Source of the DNA: Candidatus Poseidoniaceae archaeon | GTDB lineage: Archaea > Thermoplasmatota > Poseidoniia > Poseidoniales > Poseidoniaceae | Direction: 5' to 3' | Assembly (NCBI GenBank): GCA_943789275.1 | Contig: CALSTM010000002.1 | Span: 570,001 to 602,000, forward strand | DNA: 32,000 bases | Part shown: positions 9,801 through 16,877 of the stretch, piece by piece | How positions within the stretch are numbered: position 1 is the first letter of the stretch | Layout of the letters: the number at the start of each line of letters is the position of its first letter | Program-made: the position numbers and the translations under genes | Notes under the pieces: model-generated | The model's database searches: none | What the model saw: the letters and a program-made list of their open reading frames with translations, nothing else | Told to the model about the DNA's origin: nothing

Positions 9801-11365
9801 TATTCGAGATAGTATGTGTTCGACCATGTTGCCCCGCCTGTATCGCCCGCTTCTTGAGCGCGACATGAACGTACATAGCCACCTGGCGCAATGAGGTCCG
9901 GTTTAATGCGGCCATCGTCGGTAGGACCGCGGGAGGAACCCGACATAATTGAATCGGGAGAACCAGAATATCGGTTTTGATGATTGCCAACGGTAATGGT
10001 GTTTTTTGCTGTTGAAGGAGCGCCTACAGTGCCTGAGTTCGGGCCGTCGTTTCCGGCTGCGAACAAGATGGTCATGCCGTTTTGCCCGTTGTAGTAACGG
10101 TCGTAGTAGTTTGAACGGTCATCGACATCTTCACTTTCCGAGGTGTACTTCCCTTGGTCGCTTTCAAGCGAAGAGCCCCAAGAATTGGTATGCGTATAGG
10201 CTCCAGCAGAATATGCAGAGTTGAGAAGGTAATTCAGCGATGGTGACTGGAAGTTACCGGTGTTGTCGTTTTCCATTGCTTGGAAATACAATTCTGCAGA
10301 TGTTGCTACACCTGAGTATCCACCTTGCGTGCCGTCACCAAGGACCGTGCAGGCCACGTGAGTGCCGTGACCTGAGTGTTTGTCGGCAGTTGAGCCGTCG
10401 CCTATGACGTCGTTACTGGAAAGAACCCGTGACCCGAAATCGCCATGGTCCGCATCGAGCCCCGAATCTGCGACAGCCACAATTTGACCCGAACCGTCCA
10501 AACCTGTCGTGAAGTAACTGGTCATTTGAGAAGTTTTCATGTGTGTGCGAGCTTGATTATTATCGCCGGAGAAAAGCGGTTCAAACCGCAAAGTCCTCAG
10601 CGATGGTTGGGCTGTAATTTCCACGAGGTTTTCCGAGGAGAGAAGACCTTGATATCGCCCTTCGTCCCATTGATGGAAGGGTGAAAAAACGAGCGGAATG
10701 AACGTCTCAACCTCTTGAGCCAATGTGTTTCCTTCAGCATCGGTGAAGGCGACTCCAGACAGAGGACCGGTATCATCACGCCATCCCTCAATTCTCATCG
10801 AAGAGCCAACCAGTGATTGTTCACCATTCTCAAGCAAAAGAATATCCAATACGTCTCCATCGATAAGTAAGGCCATCGGGACTTGGTGTTGTGCGACTAC
10901 GCCATCCATTCCCCCAAGTGTGGACAAGGCATAGGGAGTGCCTTGAATGAGAAGACCAGAAGGAGCAATGAACTCCCGTATTGCTAACCCTTGAATGGTG
11001 TTGATTGCGTTACGCACATCGAGCATCAACACTTCGTTGGAGACGACAATGAGGCTCAAGTCCAGCCGCGGCAAGAGCCAGTCGCTTGGCACAGGGCGCT
11101 GAAGTTCAAGCCCTTCCGCATCAAAGGTTCCTATTCGGCTCACAGCAAGTTCGGGCCTTGCTTCCAACTGAGGCGTGTGATCGTCAACTCCAATTGCATC
11201 GGAGAATACGCCGTCAACCAAATCAAATTGAACCCATTCTATGCCACCCTCGGACGCCATGGGCGAAGGGACTGCGCTGTCCGGATGAAGAAGCGGAGAA
11301 GCGCTCTGCAAGAGAAAAAGGGCGACAAGGGTCACAGCCCATCTCATCGAATCTCTCACCTGCAA
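6830..11365 (-). CDS. Membrane-anchored subtilisin-like serine protease (peptidase S8, pyrolysin-like) with CARDB-like repeats and a cytoplasmic Cys-rich zinc-ribbon tail
   Basis: The catalytic triad motifs are VAVADSGLD (Asp codon 10466-10468), HGTHVA (His 10367-10369) and GTSMATPNAAG (Ser 9788-9790), with the oxyanion motif AAGNDG. The signal peptide is MRWAVTLVALFLLQSASP. Start is TTG 11365 with a GGAGGGTGA SD, or ATG 11347. A TM helix ITAIGIGALVVALLIGGLLL (about 7106-7171) is followed by a 91-aa tail containing CWSC-x10-CPGC and C-x8-CVNC. Confidence 0.9.
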   Translation of the reverse strand: MQVRDSMRWAVTLVALFLLQSASPLLHPDSAVPSPMASEGGIEWVQFDLVDGVFSDAIGVDDHTPQLEARPELAVSRIGTFDAEGLELQRPVPSDWLLPRLDLSLIVVSNEVLMLDVRNAINTIQGLAIREFIAPSGLLIQGTPYALSTLGGMDGVVAQHQVPMALLIDGDVLDILLLENGEQSLVGSSMRIEGWRDDTGPLSGVAFTDAEGNTLAQEVETFIPLVFSPFHQWDEGRYQGLLSSENLVEITAQPSLRTLRFEPLFSGDNNQARTHMKTSQMTSYFTTGLDGSGQIVAVADSGLDADHGDFGSRVLSSNDVIGDGSTADKHSGHGTHVACTVLGDGTQGGYSGVATSAELYFQAMENDNTGNFQSPSLNYLLNSAYSAGAYTHTNSWGSSLESDQGKYTSESEDVDDRSNYYDRYYNGQNGMTILFAAGNDGPNSGTVGAPSTAKNTITVGNHQNRYSGSPDSIMSGSSRGPTDDGRIKPDLIAPGGYVRSCRAQEAGDTGGATWSNTYYLEYTGTSMATPNAAGAAVMVREYLEEVAQRPSPQGALVKALLILGAEDVGSRDIPNDDEGWGRLNLRNTLAPTSGQGIWVDDRSVLSGTGNSKTYTFNISQGNSGFKTVLAWSDERGSPFSNTQLVNNLDIEVTNPNGEVFLGNDFSNGRSTTDGVSDAINNVEVVLVDNAEIGIWTVKVKDSFHGGSRAQPFALAVMGHGVNDLRPDPVVLEDEFSMSVTIPQVGDELQITTKVFNVGNVRSGFFDMEFEVDGVTLDSKSIDLGAGSTKTQVWSWTPQVAGQSTLSFIIDANDDIEEILENNNRHDVMVNVTAPGVKLSAEPQTITLFNTSESTTSWNLVLTNTALVPTNASLITQDVFNEQSSQNMPWYVGANESNFTLDGQESANIVVTLVHPTPPLPGTYRIDLLGFDVDNGVDYPYMLYFVVPDLPDLRLEYDYQVVPVSPIEPTSIDIRLFNIGNANIGYDLFLEAPAGWDAGFDTLSSVPGASSGSTGLITRDTHRDIGMSFTPPQVMTGAGAERMVRLTAISQTEVTESWVFDIPIKVETVKAVDIDLESNIGVLRPDSSFSMLFTLEHRGNVDLSFTPSFELPSGWSVTSGMEAFDLPWTSSKNLLFGISGDGTGTSGQVKLHLDSDSERMTWIGEFNVELLAQPTINFVQLAYGGETWDTPFGAGSHPTGVPLEFTWLIGNDANVVWQPTASVTLSSGLFGECSTIDSIGFGSLVPVTCTVIISSSMEPLSEPSFVLKLTGDDVESTQNIGLLVATVIESAWLMERTSELTTGSQEQIQVTLTNVGNIVYSHKVVVGGSKDWAVTVDGNDVLNLEPGESTKIRLLVRADRPGQGTITVGLQGAELMTNASFEFSLSASGEPTGTSGQGLPITAIGIGALVVALLIGGLLLSRRKSDPEYNFNGPSNFTLTPGASVAPPIAAQGASTVPAPTCWSCRQAITGPMLGCPGCGARYHRQDEQSCTSSSLQQCVNCQASTTTFVQA

Positions 11366-11417
11366 AATTCACCCTCCATTCATCTTGTTTATCGTTGTAG
11401 GTTCGTTGGTGTTCGCC

Positions 11418-12083
11418 TCACGACATTGGCCACGTGGTTCGGTCTGCTTTGTCCATAAACTGTTCAATGGACCAAACGCCAACAGGGTGGTTCCAAGTTT
11501 CAGATACCGTCTGTCCGTTGTAATTTGTGTACTGCAAATCCACTTTGATATTGTATTGATCCCAAACGGTATGCCCGATCACCATCATTTCCAGTTTATC
11601 GCCTGCCAAAGAAGAATGCCCTTCAATACGGTCGACTTCGATGAACATGAAGTCCAGAACCTCTCCATCGGCGGATTGAAATTCAATTTGAACAGAAACA
11701 TCGGTAATGTCGCGACTGCCTACATTGTGAATTTCTGACATCATAAGGTGACCTCCGCGCTGAAGGTACTGAGTCTCGACATTGACAGCGTCACGCGGTA
11801 AAGCCCAATACCATCCGCTGACAAGGACACCGAACAGCAGCAAAAGGACGATTCCTGCTAAAGCGACACGACTTGGGCTAACTTCGCGACGAATCTTTCG
11901 TAGGGCTTTCGACACACGTTGCATATCTTCATACGTCTCGATTCCGTCTTCATCTAAGCTGTATCCGAGCGATTCGATCTTCTGTAACCGCGCAACATCC
12001 ATCAAACCAAGAGATTCAATATCCTCTTCGTGAACAACCATGTCGCCTTGGTCGTTGTAAGTGATTGTTGTTTCGTCAGCCAT
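11418..12083 (-). CDS. Type II membrane protein: acidic cytoplasmic N-terminus, one TM helix, one CARDB-like extracellular domain
   Basis: 221-aa ORF. ATG 12083 lies 4 nt after the TGA of the upstream giant gene, and that gene's TGGTGA end doubles as the SD. The TM helix is VALAGIVLLLLFGVLVSGWYWAL. The ectodomain carries SEIHNVGSRDITDVSVQIEF. I recognise no family. Confidence 0.75.
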   Translation of the reverse strand: MADETTITYNDQGDMVVHEEDIESLGLMDVARLQKIESLGYSLDEDGIETYEDMQRVSKALRKIRREVSPSRVALAGIVLLLLFGVLVSGWYWALPRDAVNVETQYLQRGGHLMMSEIHNVGSRDITDVSVQIEFQSADGEVLDFMFIEVDRIEGHSSLAGDKLEMMVIGHTVWDQYNIKVDLQYTNYNGQTVSETWNHPVGVWSIEQFMDKADRTTWPMS

Positions 12084-12087
12084 ACAA

Positions 12088-15000
12088 TCACCAAATCAAT
12101 GCCAAACCACTGGCGATAACGGTCGTAATTGGTTCTACAAGCAGAATGTGGCGCGTTTCAACACTGTCTCCAGTGAGCGTTCCAACTAAGGAAAGGTCTG
12201 TGACCATGCCGTTTACACCAATCGAAGAAGCAGTGGGTAAGACGCCGGTAAATTGCGCGTCAAGAAGTACACCTCGGCCGCTGAAGGAGTATCCTTCGAG
12301 CATTCCGGTTGTATGGTACGGTTCAATCGTCGCCTCTGCACTCGCTACGATGCGTCCGTTGGTAATGTCATCAATGACAATGAGAGGGTACTGGAACGGT
12401 CCGGTATAGATGTGTATTGTGGCCGACTGAAGATTTTGTCCGATGATTTCCACGCGATCAATCGTAACGCCAGGAGACGAAGGGACGTCTGTTTGTTTGA
12501 GATAAAGGCGGCTTACGCCGTCGCCGGATGAGGCAACACGGACCCCCCAATCATCGGTCGTTTCCAAAACGAAGGTCGATGGCAAATCTTCAGCGAGCAT
12601 CAGAACATCCCCCTTGGTGTCAACAGAGCGACCTGTTGCTTCGAGATACAAATCCATATCATCGGTGTTGGACCTGTAATCGAGTTCCATCATCCCTTGG
12701 AACGAAACCTCAGAACGGATGTCGAATTCCGTATTTGGTTGAGCAGCAAGATGCATTTCTCCGGGCAGGTCGCGCATGAAGGCAGTAGCAGGCCACCAGA
12801 AACCATCGACGTATCTCATTTGTTGAATCATCAACGATTCAGCGGAATGACCGTCGATTTGGTATTGGGAGGGAACCATGAGGTCAATCAGGAAAATGTC
12901 TCCAATCGTGGTGGAGAAATCCGTCTCCTGAGGTACACCCACAATCAAGGCCTCTACCCTGCTGAGTTCCCGTCGATCGATGAAAGTGGCGTGAGCAGAA
13001 TCAAGACGCGTTCCGAGGTCGTAGTGCATGTCGATGGAAACTCGAGGTACGGTGAGGTTGTCCTGCGTCGAGAATACCGCATTGGCTTCGACGTTGTTGG
13101 CTTCAGAGGTATCCAGTCCAGAGATGACAAATTCAAGGTCACGGCCTTCCAGTCCGTTCACAATTATGCTCAATTGTTGTCGTTCAGGCGTCCATTGTTC
13201 AAGATAAACATCAAGCTCGTAAACAGGAAGGTCTCCAACCATTCTGAAATCATATTCCAAAAGAATCCGACCGGTTGGAAGACTCGGCAGCCATGAGCGC
13301 ATGTGCCATGAACGACGTAATTCGAAAGTGATACCCTGTTCTTCCCACATACTCAAATTGACTCCTTCCAGTTCCGATTCAAGCACAATACCATCTTCTA
13401 AGGCCAGTAAGAGCGGTATGAAGCCAGTAATGTTGGTGTTTTCAAACACCTCCAGTACCAACTCGTATTCCGAAGGAGTGATTTTGTAATCCCGAAGGGC
13501 TTCATTGACCACTTCACGGCTGGAAAGAGTGTATGTCGGCATCCGTGAAAGGTTAAACGAAACAACCGTTGCTTCAAAAACTTCCATTCCAAGACCGTGG
13601 GACCATTCCGGTTGCTCAAGTACATTGGAGCCTTTTTCGATGTCCACGGTAACGTTGAACAATTCGCCTGTAATCAAATCAATACCCAGGGACATGTCTT
13701 CGTTTCCTGTTTCAAGTCCGCCTAAGTCAACAACGGTTGAGTACACGAAATCATTGACCAGAGAACCAAAGTTCACCAAGTCACCCAAGAAGAACGACAA
13801 GGCTTGGACTCCATCCCCTTCCTCAAATGTAGGAAGTTCCAGTCCACCGGAATCAACACCGCTTGGATACGCAATGGTGATGTTCGCTGGAAGTGGGTCA
13901 ATAGCCACCCGGCCGTTCATTCCTTTGAAGGAATCTTCGTACACGGTGTCGTCTTCCATCAAAACGTTCATTGGAGCAGAATTCGCACGAATCAATTCGA
14001 TTCGGGAATTTCCTTCGGGTCCTTTGGAACCGGGGTCGAGAGGAGACAGACGACGCAGACTTGTGACGTCTGAAATTGCTGTACTGAGGCTTGCTTCTCC
14101 AGAAGTCTCATTGACCCAAAAACGGAAGTGGTCGCCGTCCATCGACAACGGTTGAGTTGAATTTGTGAGTTGAACTTCAATCGAATCCATTGGAGTTGAG
14201 GCAACATAACCTACAGTATCGCCGAGAATCAGTTGGAACGATGCGGGCAATCCGTTCAAGCGGATTGCGTTTCGTTGTTCGTCTCCGTTTCCACCGTAGG
14301 TGATGGTTCCAATCGGAGCGGAAGCGGCGTAGGTAAGGGCTTCAGCAGTTTGCGTGACGTTGAACGTGCTGGGGCGGTTTGAGAGCGTAGCGGATTGCTG
14401 ATTGGCGTTTGTTAAATCGCCGTCATCGTGCAACAGATGACCGATCAGGAGAGGACCGCCGTTGATTCCTCGCAGCTCCATTTGTCGAATGTCGTTAATC
14501 GGGTCGTAATCATGGCTGACGCTTGAAATTCCTCCAATGCGAGCGCTCATCGCAACAGGGACAAGTGGTTCTTGTGTGCCGAGTCGCCCGTTCACTGTTT
14601 GGATATTGGTGTCTTCAGACAGCAGTATATGGTCGATGTCGGGCAACCATGGCTGATCACTGCTCGAGATGGCAATCGAAACTGAGCCAATTTCCATTGG
14701 ACTGCGCGTCGATGTGGGCAGGCTCAATCGGACTTGATTGTAGCAATTCATCCGGACTGCTCCTCCAGACGCCCCTGCTGTGCCGACAATGGATTCAGGG
14801 ATACCGTTGACGACATCTCCAACATCGAGAATCACTTCGATGACGGTGAGCAAGGCGTTGTCGAAAACTTGAGCAATCGTGTTGAGATTCGGGTTGTCGA
14901 AGGACACTCGACTCAAGCCGCTCTCTGGAATTTGAAAACTACCTTCAACAATGATGACTTTTGGAACGTTCGCGATGTTCATCTGAATGGAGGATGAATC

Positions 15001-16791
15001 CGCATCATAGCCTCCTCGTTTGAACGTCGATTTATACTCCAAGAGGTCGATTGATTCGGTGGCCACAATTGCCACCAGTGTGTTGGGGGGTGTCGCCGGA
15101 TTGACCGGCAAAGTTGGGTCGTTGACGTTGTTGGTGCTGTCGCCAGTGAAGTTCTTGATGGCAATAATCATTGAAAGGCGGCTCGGTATTTCTCCAGGTA
15201 AATCCGTGCCACCCGGTTCTTCCCCAATCATGGTAAAAATCGCATTGATTTCGTCTGGATGAAGGGTACCAGAGGGAAGCCCACGAATCCATGTTCGGGA
15301 ATCCGTCGTGTTTCCGAAAGGTGAGTCGCCCTCGGTCGTGTTCGAACGGTCTTCGAAGTAGTGGAGGTACATGTCTGCACCGTAATCGGAAAAGATTTCT
15401 ACAGTATCAAACGTGTTTGCACCAAGATTGTCGTTGCGCAAGGTGATATCCACTTCATTGGGGATGCGGGTATCTCCTTCTTCAGGATGGAAACCGACGT
15501 CGATGTAGGCCGTCTCTAGAATCGGCGCGGTCGTTCCTCCACCGTATCCGTCAAATCGAATGAAACCAACACCAAGACCCAGACCGCATTTGTGATCATG
15601 ACTGTTAGCATCATGGTCAAGGAAAGGGTCGTAGTAATCTGAGCCGTCATCGCAATCGGATTGGCGGTTCGAACTGTCCGCATCCGGGTTGGAAGCACGT
15701 ATGGCATAAGGTGCTGAGATGGATGTTAAACTCAGTGTCGAAGAGTTCACGCCACCGTTGGTGAGTGAAGTGATGAAATCCAAGACGTTTGTGATGACGG
15801 CATTGATGCTGAAGGTGACTTTCTGCAAACCGACACCAAGCGTGAATTGGTGCGGAGGTTGTGTGAAACGGGTATCGATGACAATAGCGTATGATTCCGA
15901 ATCTTGAAGCGTCAAATCGAAAGCAAGACCTTTCATCAAACTGACTTCCAGTCCGGACATGTTGTTCCACAAGAAATCGTCTTGGTCCAGAGCAGTCACT
16001 TTCCATTGGAATGTTGGGCGAATCCACAATTCCTCGACGCACGGCACTGTAACCGGAGGGACGCCTGGCGCTGGGCTTGGAGTCAGCACACAATCTCCAA
16101 GTTCAATCCCGAAGCCATCGCCCTGAGTTGCAAGGCCTTCGATGGTCAAACCGACCGATAAGTCATCAACTGAATCGCCATCAATGTCGATGTAGTTGTT
16201 GAACAAAACAATGTCTGTTCCAACCAATATTTCACCGGTAAAGGTTCCTTCTACCCATGCTTCATGAGACGGTCCATTGTCTCTCGAAGTGAAATTAACG
16301 TAAACTGCATAGGTGTTTATTCCGATCCCTAATATGTTGTCAAGGCCAAGTGATTCGACTGAAAACAGTGTTTCGAATAAATTGTACGGCCAGCCATCAG
16401 GCTGAGTTGAAGCATCCATGAGAAACTCATACGGACGTGGGTGATCGGCTTCGAACGGCGAAGCATCTCTGAGCTCCAAACTTTCCAGGTATGAACTGGC
16501 TTGAGAAAGCGGGTCTGTTTCGTCAACAGGCCGTTGAGCAAGATCGACTGCGTTCAAGGCGTTCGCCGCTCCTTCGGCTGCTGCAATGGCTTCTCCGTTG
16601 GAGATTCGTTTGGACAGCGTTTCATCCAATTCATCCAACACGCCGAAGTCGTTTCTCGAAACAGACAAGTCTGCTCCAACGGGTTGTGCCATGGAGATGA
16701 ACATCAAAATGACCATGGCTACAGCCATTCGACGTGGGTCGGATGCCTGGGGCAGACCGACTCGAATCAAACGCGGTTGGCCCTCTACCAT
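12088..16791 (-). CDS. Giant (about 1570 aa) acidic secreted/cell-surface protein of unknown family
   Basis: Uninterrupted 4.7-kb ORF. The N-terminus ...DPRRMAVAMVILMFISMAQPVGA looks like a signal peptide. Start is ATG 16791, with GTG 16812 and ATG 16728 as alternatives. The protein ends in a hydrophobic stretch, LLVEPITTVIASGLALIW, with no basic tail. I see no catalytic or repeat motif. Confidence 0.85.
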   Translation of the reverse strand: MVEGQPRLIRVGLPQASDPRRMAVAMVILMFISMAQPVGADLSVSRNDFGVLDELDETLSKRISNGEAIAAAEGAANALNAVDLAQRPVDETDPLSQASSYLESLELRDASPFEADHPRPYEFLMDASTQPDGWPYNLFETLFSVESLGLDNILGIGINTYAVYVNFTSRDNGPSHEAWVEGTFTGEILVGTDIVLFNNYIDIDGDSVDDLSVGLTIEGLATQGDGFGIELGDCVLTPSPAPGVPPVTVPCVEELWIRPTFQWKVTALDQDDFLWNNMSGLEVSLMKGLAFDLTLQDSESYAIVIDTRFTQPPHQFTLGVGLQKVTFSINAVITNVLDFITSLTNGGVNSSTLSLTSISAPYAIRASNPDADSSNRQSDCDDGSDYYDPFLDHDANSHDHKCGLGLGVGFIRFDGYGGGTTAPILETAYIDVGFHPEEGDTRIPNEVDITLRNDNLGANTFDTVEIFSDYGADMYLHYFEDRSNTTEGDSPFGNTTDSRTWIRGLPSGTLHPDEINAIFTMIGEEPGGTDLPGEIPSRLSMIIAIKNFTGDSTNNVNDPTLPVNPATPPNTLVAIVATESIDLLEYKSTFKRGGYDADSSSIQMNIANVPKVIIVEGSFQIPESGLSRVSFDNPNLNTIAQVFDNALLTVIEVILDVGDVVNGIPESIVGTAGASGGAVRMNCYNQVRLSLPTSTRSPMEIGSVSIAISSSDQPWLPDIDHILLSEDTNIQTVNGRLGTQEPLVPVAMSARIGGISSVSHDYDPINDIRQMELRGINGGPLLIGHLLHDDGDLTNANQQSATLSNRPSTFNVTQTAEALTYAASAPIGTITYGGNGDEQRNAIRLNGLPASFQLILGDTVGYVASTPMDSIEVQLTNSTQPLSMDGDHFRFWVNETSGEASLSTAISDVTSLRRLSPLDPGSKGPEGNSRIELIRANSAPMNVLMEDDTVYEDSFKGMNGRVAIDPLPANITIAYPSGVDSGGLELPTFEEGDGVQALSFFLGDLVNFGSLVNDFVYSTVVDLGGLETGNEDMSLGIDLITGELFNVTVDIEKGSNVLEQPEWSHGLGMEVFEATVVSFNLSRMPTYTLSSREVVNEALRDYKITPSEYELVLEVFENTNITGFIPLLLALEDGIVLESELEGVNLSMWEEQGITFELRRSWHMRSWLPSLPTGRILLEYDFRMVGDLPVYELDVYLEQWTPERQQLSIIVNGLEGRDLEFVISGLDTSEANNVEANAVFSTQDNLTVPRVSIDMHYDLGTRLDSAHATFIDRRELSRVEALIVGVPQETDFSTTIGDIFLIDLMVPSQYQIDGHSAESLMIQQMRYVDGFWWPATAFMRDLPGEMHLAAQPNTEFDIRSEVSFQGMMELDYRSNTDDMDLYLEATGRSVDTKGDVLMLAEDLPSTFVLETTDDWGVRVASSGDGVSRLYLKQTDVPSSPGVTIDRVEIIGQNLQSATIHIYTGPFQYPLIVIDDITNGRIVASAEATIEPYHTTGMLEGYSFSGRGVLLDAQFTGVLPTASSIGVNGMVTDLSLVGTLTGDSVETRHILLVEPITTVIASGLALIW

Positions 16792-16856
16792 GTTACAAGC
16801 AGAAATCCCCACTATGAGAACCCATCCCTTTCATGAGCGTTTTTTCAGCCGTTCTC

Positions 16857-16876
16857 AAAACCGCCCTACGGGCGGG
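16857..16876 (-). terminator. Hairpin plus T4 tract immediately after the PKD-protein gene stop
   Basis: The minus strand reads TGA-GCCCGCCC-GTA-GGGCGG-TTTT. This is a 6-bp GC stem (CCGCCC/GGGCGG) with a 3-nt loop followed by TTTT, starting 1 nt after the stop codon. Confidence 0.45.
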
Positions 16877-16877
16877 C

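Noticed and set aside
16728-16791. Twin-arginine (Tat) signal in the giant protein (…SDPRRMAVAMVIL…)
   Set aside because: An RR pair precedes the hydrophobic core, but the following residues (MAV) do not fit the S/T-R-R-x-F-L-K consensus. It is left as a generic signal peptide.
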